From assembly GCF_900232105.1 (NCBI RefSeq), contig NZ_LT934425.1, forward strand, positions 1,140,001-1,172,000: a stretch of DNA of 32,000 nucleotides. The letters are read 5' to 3'. A program made the position numbers and the translations under genes. The notes below the pieces were generated by a model. It was not told the DNA's origin and searched no databases. It saw nothing but the letters and a program-made list of their open reading frames with translations. Position 1 is the stretch's first letter. Every line of letters begins with the position of its first letter. Shown here piece after piece: positions 9,270 through 17,015 of the stretch. The DNA comes from Candidatus Kuenenia stuttgartensis (lineage in GTDB: Bacteria; Planctomycetota; Brocadiia; Brocadiales; Brocadiaceae).

Positions 9270-10462
9270 TGTTACATGGCCGTTCTTTTCTGTTTTTTTC
9301 AAAACCTGAATGCAGCTTCGCAAGAAAAGTCATTTCCTATGTTATTTACATAGCATTCCTTTTCATTATAATCTTCCTGCCAAACACACCTGCATCATTT
9401 TGCTCGGAACTTGCGGATAGTCCATGGCCTATGTTTCGGCACAATTTACAACGTACCGGATTAAGTCCTTATAAAAGCATTCAAAATCCGGTGATAAAAT
9501 GGACATTTCAAACAGAAGGAGCTGTGACCTCTTCACCATGCATTGGAAATGACGGCGTTATTTACTTTGGCTCTAAGGATAAAAAACTTTACGCTGTATC
9601 CAGGGACGGCAAACTAAAGTGGACATTTCAAACACAGGGAGAGGTTGAATCTTCCCCCGCAGTAAGAAAGGACGGAACAATTCTGTTCGGGTCATGGGAT
9701 GGCAACCTTTATGCTTTAAATGCCGACGGGAGTTTATTGTGGAAATATGCAGCCGAAGGAGGGATTATTTCGTCTCCGGCAATAGCGCCGGATGGAACAA
9801 TTTATTTTGGATGCTGGGATAAAAAATTACATGCAATTACTTCAGACGGAAAATTAAAATGGACTCAGCGAACCGCGGACCACATAGTTTCATCTCCGGC
9901 AATAGCACCGGATGGTACGGTATGCTTCGGCTCTGAGGATTACTTTTTATTTTCCATGACGTCTGAAGGAAAGGCATCATGGAGTTTCGGAACACGGTAT
10001 ATTCTGGATGCATCCCCCTTAATCAGACAAAATGGTGATATCTGCGTAGGGTCAGAAGATGCAAAGTTTTATGTTTTTCAACCCGATGGTCAAGCAAAAT
10101 GGACATACAATACCTTATATGATATTGATTCATCCGCTGCAATCGATACGGAAGGAAACCTTTACGTTGGTTCAGGGGATAATAATCTCTATGCATTTAC
10201 CCCCGATGGAAAGTTGAAATGGACATATGCGGCAAGAGGCTCAATTCGTTCTTCACCAGCGGTTACATCAGACAATGTTATATATTTCGCATCGGGAGAT
10301 AAAAAAGTTTACGCATTGGACCAAAACAGCAATTTGAAATGGTCTATCACTACCGGAGATGCGGTCGAATCATCGCCCTGCATTGACAAAGACGGCACAG
10401 TATATATCGGTTCCAATGATGGAAAGCTCTATGCTATAGGTGAAAAAAACGCCAGTAACTAA
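9269..10462 (+). CDS. membrane-anchored/secreted PQQ-like (BamB-like) beta-propeller repeat protein
   Basis: 397 aa. N-terminal hydrophobic anchor VISYVIYIAFLFIIIFLP, followed by about 8 tandem ~40-aa blades of the form KLKWTFQT.G.V.SSPA...DGTIYFGS.D.KLYA...DG. Its start ATG overlaps the hisB stop (TAATG at 9267-9271). Confidence 0.8.
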   Translation: MLHGRSFLFFSKPECSFARKVISYVIYIAFLFIIIFLPNTPASFCSELADSPWPMFRHNLQRTGLSPYKSIQNPVIKWTFQTEGAVTSSPCIGNDGVIYFGSKDKKLYAVSRDGKLKWTFQTQGEVESSPAVRKDGTILFGSWDGNLYALNADGSLLWKYAAEGGIISSPAIAPDGTIYFGCWDKKLHAITSDGKLKWTQRTADHIVSSPAIAPDGTVCFGSEDYFLFSMTSEGKASWSFGTRYILDASPLIRQNGDICVGSEDAKFYVFQPDGQAKWTYNTLYDIDSSAAIDTEGNLYVGSGDNNLYAFTPDGKLKWTYAARGSIRSSPAVTSDNVIYFASGDKKVYALDQNSNLKWSITTGDAVESSPCIDKDGTVYIGSNDGKLYAIGEKNASN

Positions 10463-10510
10463 AGGTATATACTAAACAGGCTTATAACAGGTGAATTCAG
10501 TACAGACGGC

Positions 10511-10586
10511 GTGAAGAAGTTTTTAGATAAAAAAAGGGCTAGCAACATAATTTACTTGCTGGCCCTTAAATACCTCAAATGCAACT
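10511..10586. repeat. 76-bp direct repeat, left copy (contains a degenerate copy of the FNT-gene terminator hairpin, 10535-10566)
   Basis: GTGAAGAAGTTTTTAGATAAAAAAAGGGCTAGCAACATAATTTACTTGCTGGCCCTTAAATACCTCAAATGCAACT matches 10802-10878 with two substitutions and one A indel. Confidence 0.9.
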
Positions 10587-10801
10587 CCAGGCGGGTCCAG
10601 GTTTGTAACCTGAACCTATAGTTTATGCAGATAATGGGGGCCATGTAATGCGGTAAAATTCCAATGCCAAAATCACAAAATCTTTGTTTGGAATTTATTT
10701 GTCATTTGTTCTGCCAACAAAAGGCGGGATTGAACGTATAAAACGTTTGGTTCAGGTTACAAACCAATATCATTAACTTAATGATATTGGGATGCAGTCC
10801 T
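10587..10801 (+). mobile_element. 215-bp non-coding insert between the direct repeats. It holds a ~166-bp structured repeat with 17-bp inverted termini (10600-10765) and a 27-bp mini-palindrome (10764-10790).
   Basis: Termini are GGTTTGTAACCTGAACC (10600-10616) and GGTTCAGGTTACAAACC (10749-10765). The interior is about 85% identical, by eye, to 31453-31625. The palindrome CCAATATCATTAA-C-TTAATGATATTGG matches the ends of the split repeat at 28823-28844 / 31436-31457. Strand is assigned from G:U-compatible substitutions. Confidence 0.75.
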
Positions 10802-10878
10802 GTGAAGAAGTTTTCAGATAAAAAAAAGGGCCAGCAACATAATTTACTTGCTGGCCCTTAAATACCTCAAATGCAACT
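10802..10878. repeat. direct repeat, right copy (carries the functional-looking terminator)
   Basis: See 10511-10586. Confidence 0.9.
10820..10858 (-). terminator. intrinsic terminator of the FNT channel gene
   Basis: On the minus strand, AGGGCCAGCAA-N10-TTGCTGGCCCT (perfect 11-bp stem) is followed by T8. It lies about 60 nt downstream of the stop at 10921. Confidence 0.8.
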
Positions 10879-10920
10879 TTATAACATAAATGTACGTAAA
10901 AAATCACTCGTTGTAGTACA

Positions 10921-11823
10921 TTACGCCTTCATCTTCATCTTCACTTTTACATCTTTAATCTCTTCAAATGTCTGACCTGCACCAGGCAACTCACCGGCGC
11001 CTGAACCACCTTGTATGGCAGCACTCATCCTCTTTGCGCCCCGTTCATCCATGTAGGTAGCAAACCAATAGAGGAATGTTACAAAGAATCCACCTCCCAC
11101 AATATTACCCAAGGTAACCGAAACAAGGTTCCATCCGAACATCTTGCCGAAGTTGATAACAGCAGGGTCATGAGGCAATAAACATGCCAGCGTCATAATA
11201 GACATATTTGCAACACAATGCTCCATACCTGTAGTAACAAAGCAGAACAAGCACCACCAAATCATAATAAGTTTGCCAGAGTCGCTCGTACATCTGAAAC
11301 TACTCCAGACAGCAAGACAAACAAGCCAATTACAAAAAATACCCCTGAAAAACAATTCCCACCATGGCGCATTCATTTTATATGTTGCTACTTTCAGCAA
11401 AAACGACAACCATGGATCTTTGGCAAAAACACCTGTGGGAATAAGCATTAATGCAAACAACATTGAACCTGCCAAATTACCTATATATGTCCAAAACCAC
11501 CCTAACATACTATCACCAAACGTTACTGTACCTCTAAAGCAACCTTTAAAAATCAATAGATTATAACCCGTAAACAGTTCAGCACCGGCAAAAACTACGA
11601 GCGCCAATGCCAGGCCAAAGAATATTCCGGCAGCAATCTTACCCAGCCCTGGATTTATTGCTCCGATAGGAGCCGCAACAATAAATGCAATGAGAACACC
11701 AAACCCAATATAAAAACCTGCCATTACGGAAAGCGTCAAAAAGCCTATAAGGCTATGTTTCATGCAAGTCGCTTTTTTAAGTGAAACCGCCGCAATTGCA
11801 TCAACAGCACCAGTATATAACAT
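10921..11823 (-). CDS. formate/nitrite transporter (FNT) family channel, FocA/NirC-like
   Basis: 300 aa and polytopic. GAELFTG, FCNWLVCLAVW and TGMEHCVANM (central His) are FNT signatures. The AAGGAG RBS lies 8 nt upstream of the start codon. The substrate (formate, nitrite or another anion) cannot be told from sequence. There is an unusual Gly-rich, then Lys/Met-rich C-terminal tail. Confidence 0.88.
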   Translation of the reverse strand: MLYTGAVDAIAAVSLKKATCMKHSLIGFLTLSVMAGFYIGFGVLIAFIVAAPIGAINPGLGKIAAGIFFGLALALVVFAGAELFTGYNLLIFKGCFRGTVTFGDSMLGWFWTYIGNLAGSMLFALMLIPTGVFAKDPWLSFLLKVATYKMNAPWWELFFRGIFCNWLVCLAVWSSFRCTSDSGKLIMIWWCLFCFVTTGMEHCVANMSIMTLACLLPHDPAVINFGKMFGWNLVSVTLGNIVGGGFFVTFLYWFATYMDERGAKRMSAAIQGGSGAGELPGAGQTFEEIKDVKVKMKMKA

Positions 11824-12178
11824 TAATTTTTTCTCCTTTAAAATAATGTTGAAAACACCATCTTAAAAACCTCTCCTTAAGCCTCGTTAATACAACCAAA
11901 ATTGCCACCATTCCAAACTGAGTAACCATATACATTCACTCCTTATTTGCCTTTGCTTACGACCTTAAAACACCTCCTTTCTCTTTCATCTCATACATCA
12001 TTATTCCCTCTACAAAATACTTGTACGTTTTTTTGCCGCAATACAGCACTGCAATAACAGACATTAAAGCAATGAATGCATAAACCTAAATATCCCGAGT
12101 CCGTCCTTTTTTTCTGTTTTCGTTTTACCCACGTGTAAACTATACCGGGTGGCATGGACAAATTGCTTTTGTACTCTG

Positions 12179-12610
12179 TTATTTCCCACTCCTCATATCG
12201 CTGATAGTCTGCCTTGCAAGCGACAACTGGTCCTCCAGCGCCCATATTTCTCCCTGCAATTTTGCCTTTTCAGCCTCAAGGAATGCAATTGCATCGTTCA
12301 TCTCCTCGTTTTTACGTTTTAGATCCAACTCCCGCTGAGCAAGCAGTTTCGCAGCATTTTCCGCCGCTTCCTTTTGTTGTTTTATTTCATTTACCAACGC
12401 ATTCGCTTCTTCAACTGAAGCGAACGCCTTCATAACCCTTTTGGTCGTTTCTTCCTTAAACGTTTTCTCCCTCCGGTAACCAAGGTCTTTCATGGAATAA
12501 TATTTGCTTATCATCTTCGCCGCAAATGCAATGTTTATGAATAACAATATTATTATTAAAGTCTTTGCGTTTACCGAAAAACCCTTTGCCTTTGCCTGTT
12601 CATTTCCCAT
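12179..12610 (-). CDS. hypothetical membrane-anchored coiled-coil protein
   Basis: 143 aa. One N-terminal hydrophobic helix (LIIILLFINIAFAA), then a charged heptad-like region (EEANALVNEIKQQKEAAENAAKLLAQRELDLKRKNEEM..). A GAGGAG RBS lies upstream. I recognise no family. Confidence 0.55.
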   Translation of the reverse strand: MGNEQAKAKGFSVNAKTLIIILLFINIAFAAKMISKYYSMKDLGYRREKTFKEETTKRVMKAFASVEEANALVNEIKQQKEAAENAAKLLAQRELDLKRKNEEMNDAIAFLEAEKAKLQGEIWALEDQLSLARQTISDMRSGK

Positions 12611-12660
12611 AATTTACACTCCTCGTTAGTGTATTTAAATTCTTACTATCATATAAACGC

Positions 12661-13407
12661 TTATCTTTCCGTTATGTCCCTAAATACACCTTCAATTCTT
12701 AACGGCTTACCATTTTCATCACGGACAAGATTACACGTTGTTTCAGAAATAAACTTTTCTCCATTTTTTCTTTTGCAATAAGCGGTAAAATCCCTCCAGA
12801 CTTCCACCTCTTCCAATTTTTCCAGCAATTCCTTCCTGTCGTCAGGGTTTACATAAATATCCGCCAATCGCGAACCAACTACTTCTCCCGGCGAGCTGTA
12901 TCCAAGAATCTCTGCACCTGCCTGATTAATCCACTTAAATACGCCGTCCTTGCCGGGTTCACACTGAAAAATCCCCTCCTTCAAAGAATTTAATAACAGT
13001 CTGTATCTCTTTTCAGACTCAATAATATCCAGCTCCGCCTTTTTTCGCTCAGTGATATCCCTGAGTACGCCACGAATAGCAACAGGCTTGCCTCTTTCAT
13101 CTCTGACCAGGGTGCTGGTACGTTCCGCGTAAAAAGTCTCCCCATTCTTCCTTTTAAAGAGCGACGTAAAATCACGCAACATACCCTCTTTTTCCAGCTT
13201 TTCGCAAAGCAGCCTTCTGTTCGCTGAGTCCACATAAATATCTCTAACTTTTGTACCTATTACCTCTTCGGGGTTGTCAAACCCAAGAATCTCAGCGCCG
13301 GCCTTGTTGATAAACGTAAATGTACCTTCCACTTCAGGCTCTGACTGATAAATACCCTCTTTCAAAGACTCAAACAGTTCTCTGTAACGGCGCTCGGACT
13401 CAATCAC
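12661..13407 (-). CDS. tandem PAS-domain protein with no output domain (probable 3' portion of a disrupted sensor gene)
   Basis: Two ~120-aa internally repeated PAS units (ESE.RYR.L..SLKEGI.Q.EP...G.F..IN.AGAEILG...P.EV.G.....IYV ... VRDE.GKP..I.GV.RDITER). The GTG start overlaps the upstream ORF's stop (GTGA) immediately after an A10 run. Confidence 0.7.
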   Translation of the reverse strand: MIESERRYRELFESLKEGIYQSEPEVEGTFTFINKAGAEILGFDNPEEVIGTKVRDIYVDSANRRLLCEKLEKEGMLRDFTSLFKRKNGETFYAERTSTLVRDERGKPVAIRGVLRDITERKKAELDIIESEKRYRLLLNSLKEGIFQCEPGKDGVFKWINQAGAEILGYSSPGEVVGSRLADIYVNPDDRKELLEKLEEVEVWRDFTAYCKRKNGEKFISETTCNLVRDENGKPLRIEGVFRDITER

Positions 13408-14462
13408 TTTTTTTTTTCCTCATCCAGTGCGCACGCAGTAGTAAGCTGCCGGGCAATAAGAACTGCCGCGATTATAATGGGAAACGCAAGAAACAACAAA
13501 ATCGCATTTACAACATACTGAAGATTATAGACAACGCCGTACCCTTCATCCTTGTCGATTTCTGTAATAAGCCCCCAGTTGAAATCCGGCATCCATCGCC
13601 ACACACCCAATACCGTTACCCCGCTATAATCTTTGTATCCCCTTGCGTCAAACCCGTCAGTGCCTGCAATACACTGGGCTACGCCATACGTCAACACATC
13701 AGTGCCAGGCTCAACCACCTTCAGTTCCAGTGAACACCGCTTTTCCACCACACCCATTTCCCTGAGCGTTTCGGCAAACCGTGATTCAGTGATCATGTAC
13801 CCTTCTCTGTTCACGAGGTATGCCTCACCCGTTGTGCCCAATTCAACTTTTACGACCATATCGCTCAACGTGTTAATGTCAAGTCGTAAAACTATTACCC
13901 CGTTGATTATGCCTGATTCGTCTTTTACCGGTGCCGAAACAAACATGGTAGGCACACCCATTTCTTTTTCACCATTTTCGTTTATAAGTGGAATATCAGC
14001 AGGGTGCACCTCAGAAACGAACGTTTTACCCCTTGTAGCCTCCGTAAAATAATTTTTTTGGGAAACATCGCCTCCCACCATAATTTCCATTGTTGAAATG
14101 GTAACCAGGCCATTGCTGTTGCATAGAAATATTTCTTTGTATCCGTATTCAGATATTAACCTGTTCAGATACAATAAAATACTTGCATAATCTGCGTCTT
14201 TCTTTGTAATTTTCAAACTCTTAAGAATGACAGGGCTGTCGCCAATCACACGAGCGTCTTTCTGCCTTTCGCGCATCCATGTTCGTATCAAATCCTCTTG
14301 CTTAGACTCAACCCCCTGCAGGTTTCTTACCAACTCCCTCTCAACATCGGACTGCATCTTCGGATACGCGACGATCCTCAGTACTACCAAAGGCAGCAAG
14401 GTAAATGCAATCAGCAAAAAAATGAGTCGATTCCTGATCGAAATAAACATTTTTTTCTCCAT
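13404..14462 (-). CDS. Cache-type periplasmic sensor domain protein with two TM helices (probable 5' portion of a disrupted sensor gene)
   Basis: 352 aa. The N-terminal TM, Cache-like domain and second TM are clearly paralogous to residues ~1-335 of the kinase at 17016-20216 (for example LVNREGYMITESRFAETL.. versus LINREGYMVTESRFLEEL..). The ORF ends about 15 residues after TM2 in EEKKK*. Confidence 0.75.
   Translation of the reverse strand: MEKKMFISIRNRLIFLLIAFTLLPLVVLRIVAYPKMQSDVERELVRNLQGVESKQEDLIRTWMRERQKDARVIGDSPVILKSLKITKKDADYASILLYLNRLISEYGYKEIFLCNSNGLVTISTMEIMVGGDVSQKNYFTEATRGKTFVSEVHPADIPLINENGEKEMGVPTMFVSAPVKDESGIINGVIVLRLDINTLSDMVVKVELGTTGEAYLVNREGYMITESRFAETLREMGVVEKRCSLELKVVEPGTDVLTYGVAQCIAGTDGFDARGYKDYSGVTVLGVWRWMPDFNWGLITEIDKDEGYGVVYNLQYVVNAILLFLAFPIIIAAVLIARQLTTACALDEEKKK
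13408..13417. repeat. homopolymer T10 (A10 on the coding strand) at the junction of the Cache and PAS ORFs
   Basis: Counted directly. A11 would read ..DEEKKKVIESERRYRELF.. and fuse the two ORFs in frame. Confidence 0.9.
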
Positions 14463-14495
14463 AATTTAACAAAATTGCACATCCAAAAATAACTA

Positions 14496-15045
14496 TTACA
14501 ACCTGTAACCGTTTTTCACTTCCCACCTTGCCTGCCAGTGCGAAGGATACTCACGCTTTCCAAGTTTATCAAACACAACGACAACTATCATCAGAATAAT
14601 AACACCTACCATAACGGGGTTTAAGTGTACATATACCCCAGAACCTAAACCTCCGGACTGTACTGCTACATAAGCTATGGCACCTGCCGGAGGATGAATA
14701 GAGCATGTTACCATTATAAGTACGACCGCAATGGCAACGCCAATTGAAATCTAATACCAGTTAGTGCCAAACAAATCATAAATCACACACCATGAGCACG
14801 CACCGGCAAAATGCATCATAATCACATTTCTAGGCTGCGCCAGGGGGGCTTTATACGCCTCGTAAATCAACACCGCAGACGCACCAAAAGGGCCTAATAA
14901 CATAGAAAATCCTGAAGAAAACGCAAGCCATGACGTAATCTCTATGCCTTTGATCGCACCAAACAAGGCTAAACCACAACTCCCTCGCAGAAATCGCCGA
15001 ATGCAACATTTTCGGCAACTTCTTTACCGTCTCTAAAAGCGACAT
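14496..15045 (-). pseudogene. HPP-family membrane protein gene, disrupted (one frameshift and one in-frame TAG)
   Basis: LLGPFGASAVLIYEAYKAPLAQPRNVI and CSIHPPAGAIA are HPP-family motifs. The two pieces 14751-14966 and 14496-14714 share a frame and are separated only by TAG at 14751-14753 (..GTNWY*ISIGVAIAVVLIMVTCSIHPP..). The N-terminus MSLLETVKKLPK.. (ATG 15045, GAGGGAG RBS) is in another frame, which requires a shift near 14990-15024. Confidence 0.7.
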
Positions 15046-15598
15046 TTTTTTCTCTCCCTCATTTTTTAGATGCAAAAAAAATTCGCTAAACAAGCACAAC
15101 AACAGATATTATTACCATCATCTCACCATCTTAGCATTTTACAGGGTTTCATTTCCTCTGCACAAAAAACTCCTGCTGCATAACTCATCCGTCAACCCCA
15201 ATCACGAGTTATCCGCTGTTCAGAATAATGAGGATAAGACCCCTGCATAACGAAAAAATCATGTCCCCCTCTCTCTTTCTCTCTTAACACGCCCTTAATT
15301 TACCAAAATCTTTCCCAGATGAACAAGTATCATCAATAAAAACAAAACAACCATCAACATTAACTACGGCCATACCAAACCTATTAGAGTAAATTGCAAG
15401 ACTTGCATTTGTACGGTATACGACATATACGAAAAATATACCAACACCCCCACAAAAAACAAAAAAACCTTCCCCTGATAACGTAACATATATAAATACC
15501 TATATTTGCGTAATAATCAGAAAAAGGGCGCTCAAATAAAATATTTGCAGGCAAACATTAAAAATATTTCATAATGCAATAGCAATTTCAGTATGAAA

Positions 15599-17005
15599 TC
15601 ATTTTATGCCATCATCGGGAATTTCATGTTGGGGTTTGATTTTGTATTTTTTGATCTTTCTCCAAAGTGTTGTTGTCGAAATGCCGAGCACTTGCGAAAC
15701 CTTTGTCTGGTTGCCGCCATATTTATTCATTGCCTCAACTATGGCGTTTTTTTCCTGTTCCGACAGGGTTTCAACAATAGAAGATTTTACCGTCACATCC
15801 CTCTCCGGATTGCTATTATGCGCAACAAACCCTCCCGTAGGAAGCGGAAGCGCCTCTACCCCGATTACCTGATTCTTCGACAAGGCAACCGCCCTTTCTA
15901 CAATATTTTGCAATTCCCTGATATTGCCCGGCCAATCATAATTCAGCAAAACAGCCATCGCGCTACCGGAAAAGACCCTTTTGTCCTTTTTTAATTTATC
16001 TGTATACAACTCCAGAAAATAATTGACCAGCAAGGGGATGTCTTCCTTTCGCTCTTTTAATTGGGGCAAATGGATGCGTATAACGTTAATACGGTAAAAC
16101 AGGTCTTTTCTAAACCGTCCCTGATTAACAGCCCTCTCAAGATTTTCATTTGTTGCGGCAATAATCCTCACATCCACATGTATTGATTTGTTTCCGCCTA
16201 CCTGTCGAATTTCCCCATCTTGCAGAAAACGCAAGAGTTTTACCTGGGTAGAGGCAGACGTTTCCCCGATTTCATCCAGAAAAATAGTTCCCTTATGTGC
16301 ATGGTGGAACAACCCTACCTTCTCTTTCACCGCCCCGGTAAAAGACCCTTTTGCGTGGCCAAAGAGTTCGCTCTCCTGCAAATTTTCCGGTAACGCGCCG
16401 CAATTAATAACAACAAACGGGTATCCGCTGCGGGGGCCGTTGTAATGAATCGCCCTTGCAATCAACTCTTTCCCGGTTCCGCTTTCTCCCGTTATCAGGA
16501 CAGTGCTTTCGGTGCGGCTCACATCTGCTGTAACCTTCAGTACCTCTACCATAACGGCAGAATTGCCGATAATCCCCTCCAGCTTATATTTTTCCCTTAC
16601 TTCTCCTTCCAGATATTTAAGCCGCTCTTTCAGTTCCTTTTTTTCAAGGGCATTCTTAGCAACCTTTAACATTTCCTGATAACGAAAAGGCTTGGTGACA
16701 TAATCGTACGCGCCTTCCCGGATCGCCTGAACAGCCGTGCTAATAGCGCCATATGCCGTAATTACTATTACCTCGGTCGCCGGATTTTCTGTTTTTACGG
16801 CATTGAGCACCTCCAAACCATTCACCTTCTTCATCTTTAAATCCGTCACTACCAGATCGTATACGTTGCCGTCCGACAGCTTCTTAATCGCACCTTCACC
16901 ACTTGATACACACTCTACGTGATACCCTTCGTCCTTAAACGCAATCAGGAGGGACTCTCTCATTGCATCCTGATCTTCTACTACAAGTATTTTATAGTTT
17001 TTCAT
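15599..17005 (-). CDS. sigma-54-dependent response regulator (NtrC family: REC, AAA+, Fis-type HTH)
   Basis: MKNYKILVVEDQ..VVTDLKMKK (REC), GESGTGKE Walker A, GSFTGA (GAFTGA variant), ESELFGH, and the C-terminal GGNQTKVSQVLGISTTTLWRKIKKY. I place the start at ATG 17005, 10 nt after the kinase stop. The ORF-track start at 17044 overlaps the kinase. Confidence 0.9.
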   Translation of the reverse strand: MKNYKILVVEDQDAMRESLLIAFKDEGYHVECVSSGEGAIKKLSDGNVYDLVVTDLKMKKVNGLEVLNAVKTENPATEVIVITAYGAISTAVQAIREGAYDYVTKPFRYQEMLKVAKNALEKKELKERLKYLEGEVREKYKLEGIIGNSAVMVEVLKVTADVSRTESTVLITGESGTGKELIARAIHYNGPRSGYPFVVINCGALPENLQESELFGHAKGSFTGAVKEKVGLFHHAHKGTIFLDEIGETSASTQVKLLRFLQDGEIRQVGGNKSIHVDVRIIAATNENLERAVNQGRFRKDLFYRINVIRIHLPQLKERKEDIPLLVNYFLELYTDKLKKDKRVFSGSAMAVLLNYDWPGNIRELQNIVERAVALSKNQVIGVEALPLPTGGFVAHNSNPERDVTVKSSIVETLSEQEKNAIVEAMNKYGGNQTKVSQVLGISTTTLWRKIKKYKIKPQHEIPDDGIK

Positions 17006-17015
17006 GATTAAAAAA

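Noticed and set aside
12151-12170. TGGCAT...TTGCT motif in the spacer upstream of the FNT gene.
   Set aside because: The GG-to-GC spacing is 12 rather than 10, and the motif is on the + strand, pointing away from any + strand gene.
11991-12245. 84-aa minus-strand ORF between the coiled-coil gene and the FNT gene.
   Set aside because: It overlaps the 3' end of 12179-12610. It has no RBS and no recognisable motif, and its composition is atypical.
14751-14753. In-frame TAG (HPP gene) and TAA codons (nuclease gene, at 20834-20836 and 21215-21217) as recoding events (pyrrolysine, or readthrough under an altered genetic code).
   Set aside because: All other genes in the window terminate normally at TAA, TAG or TGA. 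No pyl genes or recoding signals are visible, and the HPP gene also carries a frameshift. Pseudogenisation or sequence error is simpler.
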